From a virus, in the IMG/VR virus record IMGVR_UViG_3300027976_000006, positions 64,001 through 128,000 of that record: DNA of 64,000 nt; one strand, given 5' to 3'. The notes beneath the pieces are model-generated. The model saw nothing but the letters and a program-made list of their open reading frames with translations, was not told the origin of the DNA and did no database searches. The position numbers and the translations under genes were made by a program. Of this stretch, positions 28,475 to 38,244 are shown piece after piece. Within the stretch, counting starts at the first letter, position 1. Each line of letters starts with the position of its first letter.

Positions 28475-29590
28475 ATGGATGAGACTGTGGTACACGCTAG
28501 CGAGCTACCTAACTTAAATGTCGAACAAACTCTAGACTTAGGGCTGTACGCTGATTTTCCGGGCACTATTGACTATCTGGCAGAAAAATGTGCATCGCCC
28601 GCTAGGTACATTCGACGGATAATCTCGCCGCTGTATACAAAAACGGATATAGGTATTTATTGGAATCCCGCAGTTGAAAAAGCCGGAATGTATGTTCGAC
28701 CGGTATTTAATCAAGAAGAGTTTGGCTGGTGTTTGCAACTTTTGACGGAAAAGCTTGGGGCGGAGCATGTGCAAACGGAGCCACTTACCCCTTATGCCTT
28801 GCAAGATTGGTGGGTAAAGGTGGCTTATTCTCCGACGCTTAGACGTTTGGGTGAATTAGCTCAATTTTTTCCCAGTAAAGATATTCCTGGTTTTGGTGGT
28901 CGTCCTATTGCAACTATGGTTGCTAGCGGTCTTTTGGGAGCAGGGCTTGGATATGGAGCTGGTTATTTAGGTGAGAAGATATTACCAAATAGTTTGCAAA
29001 CAAAAGGTACATTGCGTAAACGGCTGGCTTTGATGGGCGGGGCAGGTGGTGCTTTAATGGGGACAATACCGGGTTTAGTCAATTGGCACGATGGCCGAGA
29101 TTTTAATGACCCTGCGCTTTGGCAAGGTGGGCCAGAAGATGGGTTTGAATCTGATATCCCTACTTCTGCCAAATATAAAGAAGCCGTTGCACATTTTATT
29201 GAAAAACAAGCTGAAGCGGAGTTCGGCACTATAGGTGGTCCGTCTTTTACTGAAATGCCACTAATACGAACAAATGAGTTGGGCCAAGTGCTGTGGGGAA
29301 CAAATGCTAGTCCTCAAACTACCGCCATGACTATGGGAGCGGTTTACGGGGCGGGGCAAATGTCTGATCCTAATGCGAGCCCAGGTATAGTAACACCACA
29401 CCAAGTTGGATTGTTTGGGATGGCGATGGGGGCGGCAGGTGGCGGGATTAAAGGCTATATTACAGGGCGTACAATCGGGTATGGTCTAGGTCTATTGACT
29501 GGAATGCCCGCAGGAACACAGAATACATTAGGGCAAACCGGGGCAACCCTAGGTGTGATTAACAGTTTAGTGCCTCGACTTTTTAACTAA
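28475..29590 (+). CDS. glycine-zipper membrane-like virion protein
   Basis: GLLGAGLGYGAG, GGAGGALMG; KVA and KQA sites; Cys only upstream of KVA. Confidence 0.65.
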   Translation: MDETVVHASELPNLNVEQTLDLGLYADFPGTIDYLAEKCASPARYIRRIISPLYTKTDIGIYWNPAVEKAGMYVRPVFNQEEFGWCLQLLTEKLGAEHVQTEPLTPYALQDWWVKVAYSPTLRRLGELAQFFPSKDIPGFGGRPIATMVASGLLGAGLGYGAGYLGEKILPNSLQTKGTLRKRLALMGGAGGALMGTIPGLVNWHDGRDFNDPALWQGGPEDGFESDIPTSAKYKEAVAHFIEKQAEAEFGTIGGPSFTEMPLIRTNELGQVLWGTNASPQTTAMTMGAVYGAGQMSDPNASPGIVTPHQVGLFGMAMGAAGGGIKGYITGRTIGYGLGLLTGMPAGTQNTLGQTGATLGVINSLVPRLFN

Positions 29591-29602
29591 GGAGATAGTA
29601 TT

Positions 29603-30031
29603 ATGTCCGTACAAGATCAACTAGACCAAGCTGTGCTTGCACTAACGACGCATTACAAGGAATACACAGCAGATGGAAAATTAACTTACAAAGAAGTGCT
29701 TTCGTTGCTATGCAACGGGGCTGCTACCCTTATTCGAGTAGTGGAGATATTTGGGGGAGGTAGCCGTGAAGACAACAAAAAGTTAGTGTTAGGCGGGCTT
29801 AGCACATTTTACGATAATGTAATTGCCCCAATAGACATTGTTGGCATCCCGAATATCATTGAGCCTGCGGTAGACGCGTCCATAAAATCGCTATTACTTG
29901 TTACGGTGGAGGGGGCTGCTGATTCATTATTCAATGTATTTGAAAAGATGGGTTGGTTGCACGCAGCTACACCACAAGCTCTGCGGTTAATGGGCGCAAC
30001 CGCTAAAGCGCAACCTGTTATGCTTTTTTAA
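29603..30031 (+). CDS. hypothetical protein
   Basis: 142 aa, AAGGAG RBS. Confidence 0.7.
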   Translation: MSVQDQLDQAVLALTTHYKEYTADGKLTYKEVLSLLCNGAATLIRVVEIFGGGSREDNKKLVLGGLSTFYDNVIAPIDIVGIPNIIEPAVDASIKSLLLVTVEGAADSLFNVFEKMGWLHAATPQALRLMGATAKAQPVMLF

Positions 30032-30045
30032 ATTCTAGATTTTAA
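30028..30045. promoter_or_regulatory. dispersed 18-bp palindrome copy
   Basis: TTAAATTCTAGATTTTAA overlapping a stop codon. Confidence 0.7.
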
Positions 30046-30053
30046 GGTTTGCT

Positions 30054-30452
30054 ATGACTATATTACTTGGGATGGATCATGGAGTTGTTTTTTTTGGCCC
30101 ACGGGCTAACCCAAAAGCGGTACGCTGGTGGGCAGAACGTGGACAACTGCATTGGGAGGATTCCCGCGACAATGCTTATGGCACGGTTGCGTTGCGGGAA
30201 TTCCTTCTGCGTTTACAAGGTATCAATGATATGGTATCTAATGGGCGTACTAAAGAAAATGAAGGGTTTATGCACGCAGACGAATTGGAACGTCATATGA
30301 GATTTATTGAACAAGCATTAGGATTAGTGCACAAGGCAAAAGAACAAGGTGCACCGGATGACCCTGTGGCACAGAGGCATAAGGCGATGAGTCTGCCAGT
30401 TACAGTGGCTATGCCATCGTGTTTGACTAACGATAAAAAGGCTGAACTCTAG
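30054..30452 (+). CDS. hypothetical protein
   Basis: 132 aa ORF in operon. Confidence 0.65.
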   Translation: MTILLGMDHGVVFFGPRANPKAVRWWAERGQLHWEDSRDNAYGTVALREFLLRLQGINDMVSNGRTKENEGFMHADELERHMRFIEQALGLVHKAKEQGAPDDPVAQRHKAMSLPVTVAMPSCLTNDKKAEL

Positions 30453-30463
30453 GAGGTTATACA

Positions 30464-30874
30464 ATGCAGGTACAGGAAGCATTTAAAATTGGTTTCTTGT
30501 CTAGATGTGTCGAAGAAGGTTTAAGCTCAGAGAACACACACAAGCTGGCTAAGATGGCTGCGACCTTATTTGAAAAGGAAGCGCTTATTAACGTTAGTCC
30601 GACGGGAGAGGCGCGTAACGCTGTTGGGATACTGAGAGATGTCGCCCCTTACCTGCTGGCTGGTTTGGCTGTCCCTCCTGCGCTCGGCGGGGCTGCGGCC
30701 TATCTGTCTAACACGGCGATGGAAACCGGTGGTGGGGCTGCCCACGGTGTTGAAAATGTTAAACGGGAAGAGTTGCAGACAACTTACGACAGGCTTACAG
30801 CTCAGCTGCAAAGACAGAAAGAATTACGAGATTACAAGTCAAAGCGTAAAAGCACTGGACGAGTTTTTCTATAG
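30464..30874 (+). CDS. small virion protein with KxA propeptide and hydrophobic helix
   Basis: AGGAGG RBS; FKIGFLSRCVEEG, KMA, KEA, then LLAGLAVPPALGGAAAY. Confidence 0.65.
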   Translation: MQVQEAFKIGFLSRCVEEGLSSENTHKLAKMAATLFEKEALINVSPTGEARNAVGILRDVAPYLLAGLAVPPALGGAAAYLSNTAMETGGGAAHGVENVKREELQTTYDRLTAQLQRQKELRDYKSKRKSTGRVFL

Positions 30875-30889
30875 GGTGAAGGAATAAAA

Positions 30890-31264
30890 ATGGCTACTAG
30901 TTTAATAAAGTTCGCAAGTCAAAAAGAAGGAAACGAGCGTGGTCGCTTGTTTTGGGACCGGGCAGACGTCGATGGTTTGCCTTTTCGAGGGCACCAAGCC
31001 CCGGCATACCGTAACGAGGAATATGAAGATAGACTTGTACGCATAGCCGATCCAAAAAATGCGACTTTCTACACAGGGGATCCTGTACAAAATCAAGCGT
31101 ATTTAAAAGTTATGGATGGCGTGTCAAACTCGTGGTACCAGCTCTCCTTTATCGAGCGTTGGCGTGAAGTTAAAGATATACATCATTACATCTACGTAGA
31201 ATGGCTCGAATACTTTTTAGAAGACGGTAATCCTTGTTTAATTCCTTCTCCATCTGCTCTATAG
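30890..31264 (+). CDS. hypothetical protein
   Basis: 124 aa, AAGGA RBS, N-terminal KFA. Confidence 0.7.
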   Translation: MATSLIKFASQKEGNERGRLFWDRADVDGLPFRGHQAPAYRNEEYEDRLVRIADPKNATFYTGDPVQNQAYLKVMDGVSNSWYQLSFIERWREVKDIHHYIYVEWLEYFLEDGNPCLIPSPSAL

Positions 31265-31274
31265 GGATACTCAC

Positions 31275-32075
31275 ATGAATAAGACAAATGCACAAAAATT
31301 ATTAAAACGAATTCGAGCCGAAAAATCTGCTGAGTTAGGTGATTCACTTGGTGACACACTTAGGCAGCAGGTCAATCAGCAAATGCAAAATGATGCAATT
31401 AAAACCATTCTTAAAACAGTAGCATTGTCTGCCGGAGCGGGTGCTGCATTCCGCGGAGCTATGGGATTTTCCGACTTCTCACAAGTTAGTAAAAAAGGGC
31501 CACGAGTAGTTGAAATGCCGGTAATATACCCTAAAGAAAAAGACAAAACCTTGCCGAAACCAGAGAAAACCGCAATAGATTCTAACGCTAGAGCAACTGC
31601 TCCGCATGGTTTGGACTATTATTTGCCTAGTTTACTTGTGGGGGCGCCGCTAGCCGCTTACGGTGGGTGGAAAGGCGTAGACTTTATTTTAAGTAACGCA
31701 CGAGAGCAAGAAAGTAAAGCAAAGCTTGAAGCTTCTAAAAAGAAATACGAAGAAGCACTGCTTGGTTCGTACAAAACAGCAACTGACGGTTATTTAGATC
31801 GTGCGTTTGTTGGATATGCTCAAAAAGTTGCGTTTGACCCAATTGGGGCTACATCTGCTGCATTCAATTCTACTTTTCCAAACGCTTCTGGGCTTGGTAA
31901 AGGTTTGGCTTTAACTTATCTGCTAGCGAGTGTTCCTGCTGGGTATTTTCTAGTAAATAAGGCTATGAAGAAAAATAGCAGGAATAAAATACTGGAAGAG
32001 GCTGTTGCGGAAAGAGCGCGACGACAAGCGATAGCACAACCTCCTGAACTTTACGCTGTGCCGCACAGCATATAA
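31275..32075 (+). CDS. Cys-free three-module virion polyprotein
   Basis: KSA, KTA, KTA, KVA sites separate three hydrophobic-helix modules. Confidence 0.65.
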   Translation: MNKTNAQKLLKRIRAEKSAELGDSLGDTLRQQVNQQMQNDAIKTILKTVALSAGAGAAFRGAMGFSDFSQVSKKGPRVVEMPVIYPKEKDKTLPKPEKTAIDSNARATAPHGLDYYLPSLLVGAPLAAYGGWKGVDFILSNAREQESKAKLEASKKKYEEALLGSYKTATDGYLDRAFVGYAQKVAFDPIGATSAAFNSTFPNASGLGKGLALTYLLASVPAGYFLVNKAMKKNSRNKILEEAVAERARRQAIAQPPELYAVPHSI

Positions 32076-32077
32076 TT

Positions 32078-35000
32078 TTGGCTGGAGTTTTACAAATGCT
32101 TCCGTTTTCTTCTAATTTGTTTAATCCCGACGCTATGTCCTTGTTGAGTAACGTGCCACAACCGTTGCCAGAAGCTCCCGTGGTTCCATCGTTTCCAGCG
32201 GTTCCGTCGTTTCACGAATTTCATGATACTAATAAAGTTAGATCGCTCATTTACGACAAAGTGCTGAATGCGGCGCAGCAGGTGCAGCCTATCTCCAACG
32301 ATCGGCACACGCTGAGGTTATCTGATATAAATTATCGAGATGGTGACAAGTTTAGTAAGCAAGATCAAAAATCTTCCATTCTCAATGGGAGGACTCAAGG
32401 GCGTAGGCTAGAAGGAACTTGGGAGCTCTTGGATAATGCGACACAGCAAGTAATAGACTCCAAGAAGTCAGTGCTGGCGACTGTTCCGCACTTGACTGAT
32501 CGTGGCACGTTTATAAATAACGGTACCGAGTATATTTTACGAAATCAACAGCGGTTATTGCCAGGAGTTTATACCCGGGCAAGGAACAATGGCGAGATTG
32601 AATCGCATGTTAATGTTATGGCAGGAAAAGGCGTTTCACACCGTTATTTTTTAGACCCAGAAAAAGGTAGATTTAAACTCAAGGTAGGCCAAGCATCGGT
32701 AGGATTAACTCCTTTGTTGAAAGCTATGGGGGTTACCTCCGAGCAAGCCAAAGAAGCGTGGGGCACGGATCTATTTGCTGCCAACTATAACTCAGATGAC
32801 GCTTCCGACTATACACGGCTTAAAGGTATGTTTCTTTCGTCCAAAGAATTACAAGGGCCGGAAGATCAACAGAGACAAGCTTTGCTTGCTAAATTTTCTA
32901 AAATGGAAATGGACCCCGAAGTAACACGGCGCACGCTGGGAAAGCCTTATGCAAATATGTCATTGGACGCTGTGCTAGACATCACGAAGAAATTAATAAG
33001 TGTTAACAAAAATGAATCAGACCCTGATGACAGGGACGCGCTTCATTTTCAGCAGTTTGTCGGGCCAGAGGATTTGTTTTCAGAGCGAATCGCACGAGAT
33101 AAAGGGCAGGTACGCCGTAATTTACTATGGAAAATGTCAGGAAAAGGTAATTTAAGCTCAATGCCTTCGTCCGCATTAGACAAGCAGTTGAAAAGTGCAT
33201 TGCTTAGTAGTGGGTTAGGGCAGGCAATTGAAGAAATCAACCCGACAGACCTTTACGAAAAAACAATGTCGGTTACCCGCGTGGGCGAGGGCGGTATTTC
33301 TTCCATGGATTCTATCCCCAAAGAATCTCGAAATGTGCAATCAAGTATGCTGGGCTATATAGACCCTGTCCGTACTCCGGAATCTGGGCGTGTGGGTGTA
33401 GACACTTATTTGGCAAGAGGTTCTCGAAAAGGAAGCGATGGAAAGCTATACGCGCAGTTTCGAGATTTACGAACTGGTGAAATGGTGTATAAAACTCCAC
33501 AAGATGTGGCAAACTTAACTGTTGGATTTCCAGGAAGTCTAGAAGGGCCAGATAAGCGGGTGCCGGCAATGCGAGACGGCAAAATGCTTCATGTTCCTAA
33601 GGATAGTATTGATCTAGAATTACCTAATATGGAAGAGGCATTCAACCCTCTTTCTAATGTTATTCCGATGAAAAGCCAGGTAAAAGGGCAAAGATTAGTA
33701 ATGGCTTCTCGTATGACTACGCAAGCTTTACCTTTAGTATCGCCCGAAGCTCCTTTAGTACAGTCGGCAGTTCCCGGTACAAACGGGAAGCAAAGCTATG
33801 AAGAGTTGTATTCGCCAGGGATGGGAGCTTTGCGGGCGACACAAGCCGGTAAAGTTATGGCGGTTACTGACGAAGGGATTAAAGTGCGTAATGCGGACGG
33901 TACCGAGGAAACGCATGAGCTTTATAATAACTTCCCTTTTAATCGAAAAACTTTCTTTCAGCAGACTTCGGTAGTTAAGCCAGGCGACACTATCCAGCCA
34001 AATCAATTGTTGGCCAGTTCTAATTACACAGACAAGGTAGGAACGATGGCTTTAGGGGTAAACGCACGTACTGCTTATATCCCGTGGCAGGGCAAGAATT
34101 TTGAAGACGCGATTGTTATTTCAGATAGTTTTGCAAAGAGAACGGCTTCGTCGCATATGTACCAGCACGAGCTGGAGATTGACGACAAAACACAATTAGG
34201 TAAAAGGCAATTTATCCAAGCATTCCCGGCGACATTTAAAAAAGAAACATTAGCGACTATAGATGATCAAGGAATGGTTAAGCCAGGTACGGTAGTTAAT
34301 TTTGGTGATCCTTTGGTTCTTGGTATTACGCAAAAAGAAAATGCATATAACAAGGTGCACAAACAAGGGCAAAAGGGATTTAATAACGCAGCCGTACTTT
34401 GGGAACATCACGATAGTGGCGTTGTCACTGATGTGGTTATGGGTAAAAAAGGTCCGGTTGTTGTTGTTAAAGCTGAATCTCCAACGCAAGTCGGCGATAA
34501 ACTGTCCGGTCGCTACGGGGACAAAGGCGTCATTGCTGATATCATTCACGATAATGAAATGCCACAAGGGGCGGACGGTCAACCTTTTGAAGTGTTGCTT
34601 AATCCTCTTGGGATAATTAGTCGAACTAATCCTGCGCAAATGTCTGAATTGTTTTTAGGAAAAATAGCGGCTAAGCGGGGAACGCCGATTAAAGTAGATG
34701 ATTTTGATACTAAAAAAGACATGAGCCAATGGGTGTTGCAGGAATTAGCCAAAGAAGGTTTGTCTGACTTAGAAGATATTGTAGACCCATCTAAAGATCA
34801 AAAAATTAACAATGTGGCAACGGGTAGTCGTTTTTTTATGAAATTGCACCACACTGCTGAATCTAAAGGGCAGGGTAGAAGTGGCGGAGCTTACACTACG
34901 GAAGATGCCCCAGCTAAAGGCGGTACGGAAGGTTCTAAGCGCATAGGTTTGATGGATGCCAACGCATTGCTTTCTCACGGGGCTACGGACACGTTACAAG

Positions 35001-36562
35001 ACATTTTCACAATACGCAGGCAAAAAAATGACCAGTATTGGATGCAATTTATGGCTGGTTACGATCCAAAAATCACTACAGTTCCTTTTGCATATCAAAA
35101 ATTTGTGAATCAGCTGCGCTCGGCTGGCGTTAATGTGGTCAAGCAGGGAACGCAGACTCAGATTATGGCGATGACGGATAAGGACATTGACAGTTTAGCT
35201 GGAGACCGTGAGTTGACTAACGCAGATGGCGTAGAGTGGGGTAACCAACTAAAAGAGATCAACGGCGGACTATTCGACAAGGCTAAGACTGGAGGGCATG
35301 GCGGGACACGCTGGTCATTCATCAAACTTCATGAACCTTTGCCCAATCCTGTGATGGAAGAACCTATTAGGTCCATGCTTGGACTGACAAAGAAAAAGTT
35401 TGAAGGTGTAATAGCGGGTACAGAATCTTTAGACAAATACGGCAGCGGTACGGCAGCGCTGCAAAAAGCATTAGAAAATTTTAATGTAGATGCGGAAATT
35501 TCTAAAGCACGCGCAGTTATTTCCGCAGGTAGAGGCTCGCAGCGAGATGAAGCAATCCGTAAACTTAGTTATGCTAAAGCGGTGCAGAAGCTTGGGTTAC
35601 AGCCTAAGGACTATATGCTGACCAAGGTACCGGTTCTTCCTCCAATGTTTCGTCCTGTTAGTCTGATGAGTAATGGTATGCCTTTGGTTAACGATGCCAA
35701 CCACCTGTACAAAGAGTTGTTTGAGGCTAACCAGAATTTCAAGAGAATGCAGCAAGAAGTCGGAGAAGATGCTTCTGGGACAGAACGCCTCTCTACCTAC
35801 CAAGCGTTTAAAGCGGTGACTGGGCTGGGGGATCCTATTAGTGCAAAAAGCCAAGAAAAGAATGTTCGTGGTGCATTAAAAAATGTATTTGGAGAAAGCC
35901 CTAAGTTCGGGGTGGTGCAGCGTAAGTTGATTTCTTCCACCGTTGACAATGTAGGGCGTGCTGTTATTACCCCAAACCCATCTTTGGATATGGACTCTGT
36001 TGGTTTACCGGAGGATAAAGCATTTAAGGTTTACGAAAAGTTCGTCACCAGAAGATTGGTGCGACAAGGTATGTCGATGCTGCAGGCTCGTACCCAACTA
36101 GAAGACAAGACGCCAGTAGCCCGTAAGTTACTGGTTGAAGAAATGGAGCATAGGCCAGTGTATATTAGTCGTGCCCCTGTGTTGCATAAATTTGGGATTA
36201 TGGCAATGAAGCCAAGATTGACTAAAGGAAATACATTGCAGGTAAGCCCATTAATTGTAAAAGGGTTTGGAGCTGACTTTGACGGGGACACTATGAATTA
36301 TCATGTGCCCAGCACAGAAAAAGCTAGAAAAGAGGCTTTAGATCGTTTACTTCCCAGCCGTAACCTTTTTAGTATAGCTGACATGAAGTCGGTAATGCAC
36401 GCTCCTGCTAACGAATACATTGGCGGGTTGTTTATGGGGACAGACCCATCACGTAAATCCACGCGGCCTGTCCGGATTTTTCAAAACATACAGGATGCGA
36501 AGCGAGCACACGAAAGTGGAACTATTTCGGTCAATGACCCTGTCCGAATTTTAAATGGTTAG
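32078..36562 (+). CDS. DNA-directed RNA polymerase: beta fused to N-terminal half of beta'
   Basis: beta: GTFINNGTE, TPESGRVG, GDKLSGRYGDKG, LNPLG, MKLHH; beta': GGLFD, VPVLPPMFRP, RAPVLH, GADFDGD (36269-36289). Confidence 0.95.
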   Translation: MAGVLQMLPFSSNLFNPDAMSLLSNVPQPLPEAPVVPSFPAVPSFHEFHDTNKVRSLIYDKVLNAAQQVQPISNDRHTLRLSDINYRDGDKFSKQDQKSSILNGRTQGRRLEGTWELLDNATQQVIDSKKSVLATVPHLTDRGTFINNGTEYILRNQQRLLPGVYTRARNNGEIESHVNVMAGKGVSHRYFLDPEKGRFKLKVGQASVGLTPLLKAMGVTSEQAKEAWGTDLFAANYNSDDASDYTRLKGMFLSSKELQGPEDQQRQALLAKFSKMEMDPEVTRRTLGKPYANMSLDAVLDITKKLISVNKNESDPDDRDALHFQQFVGPEDLFSERIARDKGQVRRNLLWKMSGKGNLSSMPSSALDKQLKSALLSSGLGQAIEEINPTDLYEKTMSVTRVGEGGISSMDSIPKESRNVQSSMLGYIDPVRTPESGRVGVDTYLARGSRKGSDGKLYAQFRDLRTGEMVYKTPQDVANLTVGFPGSLEGPDKRVPAMRDGKMLHVPKDSIDLELPNMEEAFNPLSNVIPMKSQVKGQRLVMASRMTTQALPLVSPEAPLVQSAVPGTNGKQSYEELYSPGMGALRATQAGKVMAVTDEGIKVRNADGTEETHELYNNFPFNRKTFFQQTSVVKPGDTIQPNQLLASSNYTDKVGTMALGVNARTAYIPWQGKNFEDAIVISDSFAKRTASSHMYQHELEIDDKTQLGKRQFIQAFPATFKKETLATIDDQGMVKPGTVVNFGDPLVLGITQKENAYNKVHKQGQKGFNNAAVLWEHHDSGVVTDVVMGKKGPVVVVKAESPTQVGDKLSGRYGDKGVIADIIHDNEMPQGADGQPFEVLLNPLGIISRTNPAQMSELFLGKIAAKRGTPIKVDDFDTKKDMSQWVLQELAKEGLSDLEDIVDPSKDQKINNVATGSRFFMKLHHTAESKGQGRSGGAYTTEDAPAKGGTEGSKRIGLMDANALLSHGATDTLQDIFTIRRQKNDQYWMQFMAGYDPKITTVPFAYQKFVNQLRSAGVNVVKQGTQTQIMAMTDKDIDSLAGDRELTNADGVEWGNQLKEINGGLFDKAKTGGHGGTRWSFIKLHEPLPNPVMEEPIRSMLGLTKKKFEGVIAGTESLDKYGSGTAALQKALENFNVDAEISKARAVISAGRGSQRDEAIRKLSYAKAVQKLGLQPKDYMLTKVPVLPPMFRPVSLMSNGMPLVNDANHLYKELFEANQNFKRMQQEVGEDASGTERLSTYQAFKAVTGLGDPISAKSQEKNVRGALKNVFGESPKFGVVQRKLISSTVDNVGRAVITPNPSLDMDSVGLPEDKAFKVYEKFVTRRLVRQGMSMLQARTQLEDKTPVARKLLVEEMEHRPVYISRAPVLHKFGIMAMKPRLTKGNTLQVSPLIVKGFGADFDGDTMNYHVPSTEKARKEALDRLLPSRNLFSIADMKSVMHAPANEYIGGLFMGTDPSRKSTRPVRIFQNIQDAKRAHESGTISVNDPVRILNG

Positions 36563-36636
36563 GAAACTAAGTAATATATCTCTATCGTAGATTTTAATTA
36601 GGGTTTAGAATCACAAGGTGAGATGACACAAGGAGT

Positions 36637-37389
36637 ATGATTATGGCAGTTAATTTTGAATTGTTACGAATGGCACGACAAAGCATAGGAAAAAAACACT
36701 TATCTAAATATGCATTCGTTGCAGCGGGTGACCCGGCTATGGGTGCTCCCCCGATGGACCCTTCTATGGGCGGTGGCGGTGCTCCCCCGATGGACCCTTA
36801 TATGGGCGGTGGTGGTGCTCCCCCGATGGACCCTTCTATGGGCGGTGGCGGTGCTCCCCCGATGGACCCTTATATGGGCGGTGGCGGTGCTCCCCCGATG
36901 GACCCTTATATGGGTGGTGGCGGTGCTCCGCCCCCAGCCGACCCGATGGCTGCAATAATGCCGATGATTCAGCAAGCGGTACAGCAGGCAATGTCCGCCA
37001 ACGGCGGAGGACAAGCACAAGCAACGCCGTCTGGGCTCAGACCTAAAATCGATATCAATGTCGAAATTGTACAAATTAAGAAAATGCTTGCCAAAATTAT
37101 TGACTCACTTGGTATTCACGTGCCTGTGTCTGATATGGTGGTAACACCTGAAGATTTAAATCAAATTGCGCAAGGTGGCCCTGGCTATGCGGCGGCAACG
37201 CCCGACCAGCCGGCGGGCGGGGGTGGGCTTGGGCAGATTCAGCCTGTTTCTCCCATGAAAGCGGCAGAGGCCTGGGAAAGTGGTGCAGCTTTCAGTTTAC
37301 CTTCTGATTATTACCCAGCGCAAACAGCGCATAAAAGTAAAAGTGTAGCGGAGTTGGCTACTGCTCTTTTAATGCGAAAATCTATGTAA
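36637..37389 (+). CDS. Pro/Gly/Met-rich virion protein
   Basis: KYA then (APPMDP[S/Y]MGGGG)x5; Cys-free. Confidence 0.7.
   Translation: MIMAVNFELLRMARQSIGKKHLSKYAFVAAGDPAMGAPPMDPSMGGGGAPPMDPYMGGGGAPPMDPSMGGGGAPPMDPYMGGGGAPPMDPYMGGGGAPPPADPMAAIMPMIQQAVQQAMSANGGGQAQATPSGLRPKIDINVEIVQIKKMLAKIIDSLGIHVPVSDMVVTPEDLNQIAQGGPGYAAATPDQPAGGGGLGQIQPVSPMKAAEAWESGAAFSLPSDYYPAQTAHKSKSVAELATALLMRKSM
36742..36929 (+). repeat. 36-bp coding tandem repeat x5
   Basis: GGTGCTCCCCCGATGGACCCTT(C/A)TATGGGCGGTGGC units, no spacers. Confidence 0.95.
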
Positions 37390-37401
37390 GGAGTTTATGT
37401 T

Positions 37402-37626
37402 ATGTTCATTGTGGAGGTTCTTACTACCGTAGGGAAACCTCCACTTAGGCTTCCTGCTTCTCAAGTTGTAGTGCGTATGCCGGATGGCACTCCAATTAGC
37501 GTGGCGGCTTTGTTCGGCGGGGTTACTAGCGTTTTGGTATCGCATTGTGAAGACTCTAGCTTCAATGACAATTTACGTAAGTTAGGCATTAACGAAACCG
37601 TTATTTCTACAAAGGTACAAGTGTAA
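37402..37626 (+). CDS. hypothetical protein
   Basis: 74 aa, AAGGAG RBS. Confidence 0.65.
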   Translation: MFIVEVLTTVGKPPLRLPASQVVVRMPDGTPISVAALFGGVTSVLVSHCEDSSFNDNLRKLGINETVISTKVQV

Positions 37627-37627
37627 T

Positions 37628-38203
37628 ATGGACAATTCTTTGCGCTCTTCCGACATATATTACAGAGATAGGCAACCAATAGTTGTGCCTAAGCCTGTGC
37701 CGATGCCGACTTATCGGCAATCTTCTAACGAAAGTTTTTCCAATAATAAATATTATGCGGAGATGTCAACACCGGCTGGCACAGACGACATAGTTAAAAT
37801 GCAACTGCGACCAAAAAAAGAATCGGAATTGGAGTTAGCGGATAACTGGGACGGTATAGCAACTTTTCAGAATGAATTTAAAGAAGGTGCCACTTCTATC
37901 GTGGTAAAATCAACTGAAGCTGTAATCCTGCAGTTACAAGTTGCTGTGGATATGGCAGTCGGGCGTAACGAGTTGACGAGAGAGCAGGTAGACTCTATAA
38001 CTTTTGTAGCAACAGCTCGTGCCCCGATTTTTGCGGTACCAAAAGTGCCTCCGATTAAAGAAACAACTGTTTCTCCCAAGAGCACACCCGAGGCAGCCGA
38101 TATCCTAAACGCCCCGACTAAACCGGGCAATAAAAAGGCAAAGCGGGGCATTACCCTGAAAGACATTGCAGCTGTGTTTGATGTCGACGATAGCGACGCT
38201 TAA
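37628..38203 (+). CDS. hypothetical protein
   Basis: 191 aa, coupled to previous gene. Confidence 0.6.
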   Translation: MDNSLRSSDIYYRDRQPIVVPKPVPMPTYRQSSNESFSNNKYYAEMSTPAGTDDIVKMQLRPKKESELELADNWDGIATFQNEFKEGATSIVVKSTEAVILQLQVAVDMAVGRNELTREQVDSITFVATARAPIFAVPKVPPIKETTVSPKSTPEAADILNAPTKPGNKKAKRGITLKDIAAVFDVDDSDA

Positions 38204-38217
38204 AATCCAGATTTTAA
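38200..38217. promoter_or_regulatory. dispersed 18-bp palindrome copy upstream of beta'(C)
   Basis: TTAAAATCCAGATTTTAA. Confidence 0.72.
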
Positions 38218-38244
38218 ATAATTTGTTCAGGGCAAAACTATTTT

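Noticed and set aside
36742-36929. CRISPR array (36-bp repeats)
   Set aside because: Repeats are contiguous with no spacers and encode an in-frame peptide repeat
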